Origin: Bugula neritina
Taxonomy: Eukaryota; Animalia; Bryozoa
Assembly: GCA_964035545.1 (NCBI GenBank)
Contig: OZ037765.1
Coordinates: 28,023,504-28,087,503 of the forward strand
Length of the DNA stretch: 64,000 nucleotides
Direction: 5' to 3'
The position numbers were made by a program, and so were the translations under genes. How positions within the stretch are numbered: position 1 is the first letter of the stretch; each line of letters opens with the position of its first letter. Below are positions 12,202-25,100 of this stretch, piece after piece. The notes under the pieces are model-generated. The model ran no database searches. It had not been told where the DNA came from and saw only the letters and a program-made list of their open reading frames with translations.

Positions 12202-14958
12202 TCAAGGTGCAGCTTCTGATGACTTTTGTGAAACTAGATCAGATTTTATTGTGCCTTCTGGAATGCATTTTGATTCAGCTTTCATTGCTTTTCTGGTTCC
12301 AAGAATCCTAACATAGTTAGCAGGAACAACTCCTATATTGACTCCATCTGTTGAAGCAAGAAGCCAGTCATTTTCTCTAAGCCGTGGTTGCATATCTACA
12401 ATAAATTAAGTAGCTAGGTCAAGAAACATAAGGCTTACACCTCACTTCTGTCAGTTTATGGTGTAGTTCTTGCCAACACCTGTAAGTCAAGTCCCAAGAA
12501 TTAAAATGACTTGTTAGGCCCTGAGCCCATACTGGGATGTGGATGAAGGAACATTTTGTCGGCAAACATGTCCTTTCCGATATCACTAGTTGCACTTATA
12601 GGATTCTAGTCACCTTCACCTTTGATATTTATTTTTGCAACTTGAAAAAGCTCAAAATTTAACTACCATAAAGGTCAGTACACCAGAAAGCATTTAAACT
12701 GATAAAGCTGAGCAGAAATGCATGCTCATTTTTGAACAAATCACTTGTAAGTTGTAACAGTCGAGTTGCTGGCAATTCACATTTATAAGCCAATAACTTT
12801 CTATGATGCTTTTTCACTTTCACCATTACCAGGTCTGAAAACTATTTGGCTAATATTCTGCAGAATTATCATACCTGCAGGTGCCAAGTTTATTCGCTGG
12901 CCTTCCTTGACAGATATTTCATCTTCTCGTTCACCAACAAAATTGTATTTACATTCACCAACTACATGATCGGCTGTGCCATTAGCCCATCTCCTCGAGT
13001 CATCTTCATTTTGCCCTGTAGCAAGAAAATAAGCATTATTCATTATTATACATTGAAATATAAGACAGAAACACATCCTTGTCAACACATTCAACAGCGC
13101 ACCAAGTCAATGAAAAGGCATCAACTCTAATGAAAATATATAATAAAACTGTGTATCAATGTGATTTGTATAATTTTGAAAACACATTTCAAAGAACTCA
13201 GATATAAGCCTCACCATTGTCATTGCAAAGCATCTTCCAGAACAAATAGGGTCCACCAAAAACAATTGCCATAAATGCAACTAATGGCCAGCTTGATTTC
13301 TCATGACGTGGAAATTTTTGTTGAGCTTCAACAGCAGACTTTTTAACTGCATTGGCCCATGCATCTTCTGACAGCCCAGCTTTACGAAGGCCAAGTAACA
13401 CTTTCAATCTATAGTAGCACCACTTTATAAAACGGAAGATTGCAAATGAGGTAGCTACTTGAGTCAATTGAAGCTTCAATTTTGAAAATTGATCAGCCAC
13501 CCCTAGCACTGCTCGAAAAGAGTTGTGCAATGCAAAATAAGTGGACTCTAACATCATACTGACTGACGATACAGCTGACACAACACTTTGGACTGACTGG
13601 AAAGCTCCTTGAGCACGTGATTCTGCTTGATGAACAATAGAGTTAGTTGAAGGGTTAAAACCATTAATTGAACTATATCCACCAAGATGATTAAATGGAG
13701 AATGTGATAAACCAAGTCTAGTATCCATAAAAGGTGAAGAATACAATCCCCCATATCCTCCTCCAAATGACGCATCTACAATTATTACAAATAAAGTTGT
13801 ATTTATAATTAAACAATAACTAGTCAAAACCAGGCAGCAGTGAGTGTCAATTTGTTACAAAATACTCACTCTGAAGAAGTGTATCATGACCAACTCCTGC
13901 AACACCTGGACGGGGCGGAATAGGTGGACGGCCTGCTCCTTGAATAACATGATTTACAGGCTCGGGCAATGGGGTGGCATTTTCTACAGCACTGCAATAA
14001 TTATTAACACAAAATATCAGCTGTTCCACCTCTATATAATATATTATGAAACATTGTGTCAACTACAATTGCCATGGCTTTTACTTGTACCCAATACTTG
14101 TAAATTTCTGAGATAAAACTCAGATAAAACTTGGGTGGCTCAACTGACTAGCTTTCAGCACAAGCAGTGCAAACTCATTTTCAAAACAGTCAAATGATAG
14201 TTATTTTTATACTTCGAATAAAAAGTGAATATCAGTTATACTAATAGCCAATAAATATAGTTATAGTATATAATATACTGTGTCCTTTAATAACTTTATT
14301 ATTTATTAGTAAATAACTATTACTAATACTAATAGTAATAATGTAATACTAATATTAGTAACTAATACTAATAGTAATACTATTAGTAATAGTATTACTA
14401 TTAGTATTAATGCTATTATTAGTAATAAATAACATTAACTGTCATACTAATAACTGTAATAACAACTCAACTAGTTAAAAAAATTAAATAATTATAAGTA
14501 GTGGTAGTAGTAGTTTAACTTTAAGTATTACTAAAAACTAACATTGACTATAAGTATAAGTATAACTATAAGCAAATGTTAATGTATTAACTATTACTAT
14601 TACTATTAGTATTAGTATAAGTATTAATCTAAGCATCATATATACATTATGACTATAAAATAAAATACCAACTTGTACTAATCATAATTCCTCTTGCAAC
14701 TATAAATTAATTGTAAAATGCAAAGGATTATCATCATGAAAGCCAAGGCCAAGCCCAAAGTGAAAGTGAAAGTCTTGGAACTAGAAATTTAAAAACTAAC
14801 TCTAAATTGACTTGGTCTAAGAACTTTTCAATTGATCAAAGTAGAATTATATTTACGTGATTATTTAGCTACCTGGAAGGTGAAGAAGTTACACCGATAT
14901 CAAAGGCATTGTTTCTAAGGCCATCCGCCCTTTCCCATGGCTTTGGAGGGGCTGCCAT
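12202..14958 (-). CDS. PEX13: Peroxisomal membrane protein PEX13
   Basis: Exons 14958-14873 (MAAPPKPWE), 13991-13870, 13775-13215 (YG-rich region, AFQSVQSVV..MMLESTY..SFRAVLGVADQF, WPL..F..IVFGGPYL), 13015-12875 and 12395-12202 (SH3, G.VPANYV). Confidence 0.96.
14230..14700. repeat. Degenerate A-N-T periodic tract in PEX13 intron 1
   Basis: actaatactaatagtaat, agtataagtataact and attagtattagt runs. Confidence 0.85.
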
Positions 14959-16109
14959 GTTTATCAAAGCGACAGATTTTGCTGAGCTTCTATAATCTAT
15001 ATTGACCTTTTTGAACCACCGACTATGGTGCGATACGCAATACGATCACAAAAAGGAGACAAATCCGCAGTTTTAGACCTACGCACGCCTTATTCACCAG
15101 CTTGAAGGTGATAGTATTGAGAATTAAAAAGGCCCAGGTGACCATATCTGAAGTTGTATCCTCAAAGTATCCATTTGCAAGACATACAACATACATAAAA
15201 CTAAAGCTCTGCAAAAGTCGTTGTATCTGCAGCCATAGCAAAAGTACCACTAAAAGTAGCTTTGTGTGAAATAATTTCAGACCAGAAACTAAGAAATCAG
15301 ATTCTAATGAATAAATTACACACATACCTATATACAAGAAGAACCAAGATGAATCTATCGAAAGGTCAAAAAAGATGACATCTAGCCTAACTATATCAAT
15401 AGGATAAAGCTAATTAATTGGAATGTGCCACAAAACCAATATCTTAAAATTTGCAACTATCAATAGAATGCTTTTACTCCAATTTTAGGAGCAAGTTAGA
15501 AATATAGATGAAAAGTGAAATTTATAAATACGATGGTTTCATTATTTTAAGTTGGATCATTTAAACTATTGCTTGAAGTTGAGTAAACACAAGTTCAAAT
15601 CAATTTTTGTTGCAGCAAAAATATAAAAAAATGCAGGTGTCCATGTTTGGAATGACAAGATAAATCATTACCATTTGAATAGTTTTATGATCCTGCATGG
15701 TATGTAGTTGAAGACAATTTGCTAACAATTTCAGTAAGACTATTTTCACTGGTACTATTTGAAGATTTGTTTTTGCATACAATATGTGTGTACGTGCGTG
15801 AGTGTGTGTGTCTTTCTCAAATATTAGATGATTACTCTAATAATTATGACATCATATTTTTCGACCTGTAGCTTATGAAAGGGAAACAGGAATAGACTAA
15901 CTAATAAGCACAATTCCATAGGCAAGTGACAGCAACAAGCATTATTGTATCAGTTATCAGCCAAAAACACATTTGATACAAATATGTAAAACTATACAGG
16001 GGTATTTTTTAAGGGTTGCTTATATTTTACAGCAATGAGCAGATATAAACTGAACAGAATATAAAAATTGTGCAATCTCAGTTAGCATAATATATTTTCT
16101 GACAAAATA

Positions 16110-19100
16110 TTAAAAGTATTTCTGTAGAGGTTCACCAAGCACTGTCTCCATATCAGCTATAACGTCTTGGCAGAGCAGTTCTACCTCTTCTTCGTCATCT
16201 ATACAACAAAGGAGAGCAGGAAAATGTAAATATAATATGATGAGATTGGGAGTATAATAATAACACTTGTACTATTCAATATATACGTCACATGTTATTA
16301 TGCCAGATATAGAGTGTATAATGGCATCATTATAATGGTACAAATATAGTAATACAACTTATGAACATATTATATTATTAGAGAGGCCACTAACCTTCCA
16401 TTAGTTCTGCTAGGAATGGTATAGTTTCTGGAAGAAGGGTCATAAAATCTTCACCAAGTTTTGAGTTCAAGTTTCTCAAGACGTGCAAAGAGCCTTTTCT
16501 AACCTATATACATACATTAGCACCATGAGTCAATACTCTAAACATGGCCTCTGCAGAGTGCAGACGCACACCATGAATCAGTCGAATTAGAGTAGACTAG
16601 CGTGGGATAGAAAAGAGAAAATAGACAATTTCTGATATTAATACAATATATATTACTATAATATATATTGCCATATATTACTGTATTAAATGACTAAGAA
16701 TTATGCTTATAGAACTTCATGTAGAAACTGTAAGTTTTGTGTTATATGAGTGTTAATATCATGGAGAAGTGCAGATGGCTAGTTGCCTGATATGTGACTA
16801 AAGCTGGTTGCAAACTATAGAAAGATGAATATGAAATGACTCACTTCAGCCGACGAGTGTCTAGTCTTTAGGCATATCTGGTAGACCAGAGGTTTCCATA
16901 AGGAGTCATCTCCCACTGCTAATGCCAGCTGACTAGTGCATGGAACTACATATTCTTTCACATACTCTTCATATCCTTCCTCAACCAGATTCTCCAGCTG
17001 AGTATCATAAGACAAAACACCATTACATAAAGAACATGAGTAGAATTGAAAGCACTAGTAAACACAAGTATTCGTAAGGCAACAGTATAAAAAGTAAAGG
17101 GGTGCAGCTTTCATGCATCTGAAATAAAAATTGAATACGAAAATTGTTAAAAACAAATAACTAGAAACTTGCATAATCAGATGAAATAAAATCTTGACAC
17201 TATATTGAACCTAAGCATACAAGTGGGAGATAAATGAAGCAGTATATAGTTTGACAGTTACCTGATCTACAAGCGGCTGCATGAGCATATCGAATCTTTG
17301 TTTATTCACAAATCCTTCAGTATCATAAAGAAAGCATTTGAAGAGACAGTTCAAGATGGCCTTACAAAGTAGCATATTCTTAGTATCTCTGTGAGGAGAT
17401 GATTGAAACAAAGTATTTTTACCTGCAACAGAAAAATCAACAGGTGTTTTATTAATATTGAGATACTTGTGCATGGAAAATTATATGATACAACCAAATG
17501 GTTACATATTGGGCATGTTGACTAAGATATATGTTTTCTATGATAAAACTTACTTGTTTTGGATGAGTTGGCCAAGTTTAGGACATCAGAAGCATTTTTG
17601 ACTATATGAGAGGCAAAGAGAGAAAACAAGCCACGCAACGTCTCGGCAATCCTAGAAAACATAAAACCAGCCATAATCACAGCACACTTGTTACAACTAA
17701 GAATTGTCATATATTTGCATTTTTATAAAAACCTGGGAAAAAGTTCTGATTCAACACTTACTGGTCGGAGAGCCTATAAAACGTAATCAACCTGTCGCTA
17801 ACCTCAGCCTCCCTGGTAGCCCAGGCATAGAGCTAAAAAAACACCAAATAATATGCGTGACGCCACAGATCTGAGCAGGATATGCTAATTTATACTAACC
17901 TAACACTAATATAGATATTGTTTTTATAATTCTATAACGTCATTCAGACAGGCTAAGGCGTGACTTTGAAATCACCAACAGTGACGGCTAACACAAACGA
18001 AGAAATATCTTGTAGTTTTGTGAAATAAGAAGCTGCCAGCTTATACAGGTATCACTAAACTTCAGTCAGTATGAGTATGATTTAAGGGTCGAGTTTTATT
18101 ACCTTGAAGTACATTGGCCTGAAAGCAGATTCAGATAGTTTTACAATCATTTTCAGTGTGGCTGAAATGATAGATGTTTCAGTCTCTTCCAACAAGAACG
18201 GGTCTGCCTATAAAAGTGCACAAGACTGTTCAATGCTATGCATATACATGGTATGGTGTAAAACTTCATCAAATACATGTTGTATCATACATTTGTATAA
18301 ACTTTGTTTCTCATAATAAAAACGAAGAGAATGACAGCAAACACAAAATAATTAAAACAGGTAATAAACTAAATTTATCAATTGCACAGCAGTATACAGA
18401 AAAGGTAAAATTTTAACATAGTAAAATTTACTCTTAATACAAAACTAACAACTTTATAACTTTCATGTGCTGAGCATCAACAACTGTTATAACAGTATAT
18501 TATTTATTTTAAAGTAGCTAAAAAGAAAATATGCGTTATTAAACAAAATCCTGCAATTTCCTTCAGCAGTAATATTGTAATGTTTTTGTATTTTATTTTG
18601 TGCATAGTAATTCAGAGTATTTACAAGGTGTTTTACGACACCTTGTAAATACTCTGAAAGACCTTTTATTTTAAATAATCTAACAGAGTTCTGACTTTTT
18701 TTCCAATTTTGTTCATGCCTACTTATTATAGCCAGTATTTACACTGAATTTCATAACATGTTTTTATGTGTGTGATATGTAATAAATAAATAAATCAATT
18801 ATAGAATGTGTGAATTACTCAATGTCACGTTTCACAGTTAACAAAGTGAATATGGTCATAATAATATTTTAAATCAAACAGGTAGACAACTCTTAAGACA
18901 AATTCCTTTATTACAAATGAAAATTATCAGAATTATGTAAAATTTATGAAGATGAGTTGATCTAAGTCCTAAGAGCTTGCATATAATATAACAAGCTACT
19001 CTTTGATATCAAAGAAAATAAACTTTGCAACTAAAAGTTTGATATTAAAACAAGTGTTATATTTGGCAATGCACGTATTGTTTTGGTGATATACTATTTA

Positions 19101-22100
19101 GTACAAAAATATTAAAGGCCAATAATAATTGAACTTATCAGATAGAATATTAGGCAGAGATATTATAGACAATAGCCAACATCCTCCTCTTATTTTTGAT
19201 AGCAAAAACTAGCTGGGAAACACTAGCATAACTTATCAATAAAAGAGTGGAGAGCAGATATCGGCATACTTTATAAGCCATACAGTGGAAACATTTCGAC
19301 AAGGCTTCCATTGGACCGTTATTTCAACTGCTGTTCAGTATTGAATAACATCTTAAAGTTTCTATTGGCTTCTTAATTATTTCATATAGGAACTGCAACA
19401 AATCTTATGTGATTATACTCTAAACTCTCCAACAACCATGAATGTTGGGCAACATAGTATCTACAAAGACACCAACACTATCACACCTCTCAGTCATAAT
19501 ACCTAATAAGCAGCATATACAGTTAGTTGTTGTAAGTGTAAAAATTACTTCAGTGAAATGGTTTACTCAATTTTATTGAGTATTTAACTGCTATGGTCTC
19601 AACACTAGGATTTACATTTATTTATTGTTGGTACAAATGAGATGCACTTTATACTTCTTTCAATAAATAGCATACAATCTTGTTATTACTGAAAACAGAA
19701 TTGTACACTCAAAGTCAATATGCAACTCCTTGAGATAAGGTTAGCAAAGCCTAAAACATGTCACAAGAAATAAATACAGGTAGCAAAAATATATTAACTA
19801 CTCATGATATGACATGCCAACAGATAGCTGAAAGTTATACAAAATAAATCTAATAAAAATTATATTTTTTACTTAAAAATGGAAACAGTTTAGATATAAA
19901 TGAATATTGATAGAACAAAGCTTATTTGTGTATTTGAACAATGTGGACTCTCTGTGTGACTCGAGGCGTTGGTGGAGGTGATGCTGCCTTGATGTCCTGT
20001 TTCTTTTCTTTAGTGGATAACCTGGGCAGCAGTTTGCACGAAGGCAGCAGCTGACGGTAATAAGCATTTATGATTTGTCGGATGTTCGGACTAAGCCAGG
20101 AGAACAACATAGGAGCTAACAGATTACCGAGATGAGCAATAATGCTAAAGCAAAAACGCAACTCTAGTGTAATTCCGTTACAGAAACTGTTGTTTTGAAG
20201 TGTTGTGTCTGCCTTGCAGAGAGCTTGAATCTGTATGACAATACCAAAGGGCATCATCGTCAATATAAACGTCAAAGCAACGTAGAATACTGTGAATGCA
20301 GCCTTCTTTAGCCGTTTCTGCTTTTTGACAGTTATTGATGCGAATGCAGTCAAACGATCCCGAGCAATTTTGTACATCCAAATATATGCACCCACCACCA
20401 CTATCACACTCAGTGACGACACCAATATAGTAAATATAGGTTCCAGAAAATTCTTCTTGTTCAGTTTGCCTTGGCATGTGTAGTATTTATAGAAACGGAC
20501 CAAATACTCCTGTCGCGCCGTATTATTACTGTAGATATACTCTTCTTCTGGTACGTTGATCTGTGGAATTAATGGTAACCATGAATACAACATGGCCACG
20601 ACAAGCAAAATGCTTATCGAGGCAATAGCCAGGCGCTTCACCTTCTTTTGATCAATGAAGGGACATTTCAGGTAGATAAGCCTTTCCACGGCAAGCAAAG
20701 GTAACAAGAGCATAACATACTTGTCTGCTAAATCCATAACCAAAGTAGAGAGCACACACATCTTCTCATCCATGACATACCTGTAAACTCTTTGCAATGG
20801 GTAGACAATACCAACAATAAGGCCATGCAATAAGCAAAACACGAACATACTCAACATCAACAGACTAATATGTTTCCTGATGTTTGCTCTTCTAATGTAG
20901 ACTAAAATCACGAGTCCGTTGAATACGCTGGTCACCAGACCTACAAATCCGTGTAGCAAATAGTAGATAAGTCGTCTTGTTCTTTTATAATGCGTTTCCT
21001 CCCAGGCATACGTAGCATGCTCTTCAGCAGCCGGAGTGATGAAGTTAAAAGTCTGATTCAAAAGAGGAGGCATGGTAGGCGCTCCAGAAACATTGACCAT
21101 CATAACAAAATCAGTGGAGCAGATGGATGGGATAAGATGTATTAAGATAAGACGAGTGGTAGCAGAATATATCCTACTGACAAACCTGAGCTGCACTGAG
21201 CACTGTGTGCCTCACAGAGCTACTTTGTACTGCAGCAAAGCATATTTTGGCAACAATCTGTTATTAGAGAGAAAAATAAACTATTGTCCAACATACAGAT
21301 TTCCAGTTTTTGTTTATAGCGGTTTCCTTTAAAAATACTGTCTATGCAGCTCACTAGTGCAAGATGCTAACACATTAACTTGTATTTCTCAACGTGACAT
21401 TTACCACTTTTTCAACAAGTTTGGAGGGTACTGGGTAGCTAATAAAACCTCAGGAATGAGTGGAACAGACAATGTATTAGTGTTGGTATAAAAAAGTTTT
21501 TGGTGTAAATGAATGTTTTGATATGACATATAATTATGTGTTTAGATATTATGATAACAGTATGATGGCATTGTATTTGAGTTATTTGGCACAGCATAGC
21601 AAAAATTGGGTAATTATTGATATAGGTGAGATTTCAAATTGCTAATATGGAAGCTAAGAAAACAGCATACCTACAAAGAATATATATATACCAACAAACC
21701 TCATGCTGGGTAGCTCTATAGTCCAATGCTAAGAGAAACAAATCCAACAGTTTGTGATATTGAGCAGACAAATCTTCCTTGCCCATACTCGCAATATGAT
21801 CAGCAACAATTCCCATAAGCATCTCCACTGCTTCTGGCTATAACATAGTATAGTATATTTACATCCATGCAGACATACAAGGCACGGATATTGAAAAAAA
21901 TTTGAAAAAACATTGTTCAACAGCCACAATTAGAAATTTAGAAAAACAGTTATTTAGCATCAAATCTAATAAAGTAGTCCATTGATTTTCCCAAGTTATT
22001 CTATTATAAATTATGTACATTAGGCTAAAAAAGAAACTCAAATGCACGGTGCTGAATGAAATGGGGAAAATGCAACTTGATTAGGATAGACATAATACAA

Positions 22101-25100
22101 CAAGCATTGGCAGTTGAGTATGCCTAGGGTGAAATGAACAGTTCTACATTGTATTATGGAACTTAGGCTTACCTTATAGGTTATCAGCTCTGTGTAGGTT
22201 TTGATAAAAACTGGAACCAACACACGGGGAGAAAACTCCCTAGCCAAAGACTCTCTAAAAAAAGTAGTAAAGATTGTTTAGAATAAATATACTTGAAATT
22301 GAATACCACAACCATAAAACAAGCAGTTAAGTCCTAAATGAAAGAATGTATTTAATGTGAAGACATCTTATGTTAAAATTGAGATAATTTTAGCAGTTGA
22401 CCAAGTATTAGACTCTGCAATACATCAACAGCTTCTTATGTGTTGATTTGTCAAACTGAGTACAGACAGCTCATTGAATTTGACAGCATAATTTAATGGT
22501 AATTGACCAATAGAACCAGTATCTGACTGAGAGCCATCTGTTCAGAATATAAAATTACAACATGTTGCATTTCAAAACACTAGCCAAGTAAGTTAGCCAA
22601 AGCAGACTGGCTGTTCAGTCTAAAGGTGTACAGCCACATAGTTAAAGCAGTTCTCTGTCTCAGTTTATCAATTCTGGAGATCATATCAATGTCTATTCTA
22701 TAAATAACCTATACCAGAGCTTCACTCTATTTGCTGCTTTGTAAGAGCAGCTAGTCTCTATTTCATGTTTGATAAAAAAAATCAATTACTTTTGCAAATA
22801 TAATGAGATCATAACTCTTGAGAAAATATAGTTTCAATTTTGCTCAAAAATTTCATCAGCAAAAGATTAACATCTTCACATTTCAAGCCCTTATTTTTTA
22901 AAAATCTGATATTTCCACTTCACTACTGAATTTTTACTAAATGTAGTTATTTTCATTTCACTACTATAATACTACCAATTAAAATAAGTTAGAAAATCAG
23001 TAGTGACTGTTACCAGTAACAGATGAAAGCTAAACCGACAAAGCATGAAACTTTTATTTACCGAAGTGACTTGAGACGGAGAGGAAGTTGTGCTTTATAT
23101 CCTTTGTAGATGGCGCCACCAGAGGTCACCACACTACTCTGTTTACACACAATTGTTGTTAAATCAAGCAGGTACTGACTGAGAAACTGTGGAACTGACT
23201 CTACAATCTTCTGGAGAGTGGTGATGGCGCTGATCCACAGCAAATGGTTACTGAAAGCACATATATACATGTTGTTAATATGATGCTCAATGAATAGCAG
23301 TCATGTACTAACTTTCTCTTGGAGAGCTGCAGTTTAAGACAAATACTTCTCAATATAACTTAATGGTTTAATGGCCTAACTTGCTTCATGTGGGTTTTGG
23401 AGTTTTCTGTTATATACGATATTTAGCGATATGTTTATATTTGAAAGAATCATTTTACAAGGTGTGTGAATAGTTCAAGTATTGGACATGTATACAGGTT
23501 ATTCTAAAATTTGATAACCTTTAAATAAAAAGGTTATTAAATAGAAATAGCAAAATCACAAATTTATAGTTAATACTTGCCGAAATATATATTTAACAAG
23601 ATAGCAGGTATGGCAAGCATTTTACATAAATCTAATTGGTGTCAGCAAATTAAGTTTTTTTATGATCAACTGTTATCCTTAAGTTTTGTGAGGCTAGAGC
23701 AAGGAGACAGCATTCAGATTAATATAGCATTAACACGCCCAACAGTAGGCTTGGAGCAGCACGCTGTTGTGAGTCTATATAAACATCTGTCATTGTTTCC
23801 TACTCCCAAACAAACAATATAGGCAAAATGAACTGCCTACATTGCTCTTTACAAGTATAATAATACCGGTTACACATTCGGACAATGCGCATCAGGACAG
23901 TGGCTAGAATAAGGTGCAGTTGGAGAAATTCTTTGAGCTGTATCATTGACCGAAATCAATTGCATTAAAAATTAATGCATTGATGAGGTAACTAGAACTA
24001 GTACCTGTTTCAGTTTGCACTGGCATTGGACGACTTCTCAAGACAGGTATCAGGTAAATTGTCAGTTTATTATTATTTTCTCAATTTTTCCAAACTTACA
24101 TTTTTATCAAGTAAAGGATGGATTAAAAAATAATATTTCCGTAAGTAGGTTGTTGAGCAATATGTATAACAACCCATAAATTTTTAAAAATAAATAATTG
24201 AAAAATTGTAACAGTATATGCTAAACTTGATGAGACCACTACATACATAGAAGAGCTGGCTCATTATGAAGCAGATATAGTGTAACCTAAGATCTTATCA
24301 AATTCAGAGCAATAGGTTTTTGATAAAATAGTTGTGATAACTTTATTGTAAATTTAATATCATAAAATGGCGTGGAAAAAGTAAGGGAGGGTACTTATTA
24401 ATTCTTGCTAACATAATTGTACTAGTATGATTCAACTCAACAAATAGTACCAACAGGAAAAAGTAGCATACACTCCTAGGTGAATTGAGATGGATGTGCC
24501 ACATCTCCATGAGTACAACATTATTAATTGATTTTACTCAAGAAAGGGCAATGGAAACAATTTAATCTATTGTATTAAGTTTGAATGGGCAAATCTTGTG
24601 ACCAGTATTACTAGTAAATCAATGAATAAGAATTTCATTTACTGCCAAATAGGTGTGGCATGTATTTGACTAGTGCATACTGTTACAACAAACATTTCAC
24701 CTAGTAAATATACAAATTTCCTACAAAGAGTAGTAGAAAGTTTGTTGAATTCTTTTATATGTAGGCAATGTTATCAATGGAAATGTTGTGATAAATTGAA
24801 TAATATGCAGCACAATGGCTAAAACAAGACATGCTAATAATAACTAGCTGTTAGATTTGCTTTCATCACATGTATATATGAAAAAACATTCAAATTTAGG
24901 TCCATTTCAGCACAACGCTTAGTTGGTGTTTACACAAAGCAAATACACAAACTACAATTGTGTTGGTGAATTACAATGGACGGAAACTTATTTGTGGCTT
25001 CCTGTCAATTTTTTAGGTTGTTTGTATAAACTTGAAGTTGTTAAGAATAAAATGGGAATATTGTTTGAACAAAAAATACCAAATGCATGAATTCTTTTGA

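Noticed and set aside
19922-21103. Opsin or aminergic receptor identity for the GPCR
   Set aside because: Position 7.43 is His rather than Lys, and the TM3 Asp is at 3.33 rather than 3.32.
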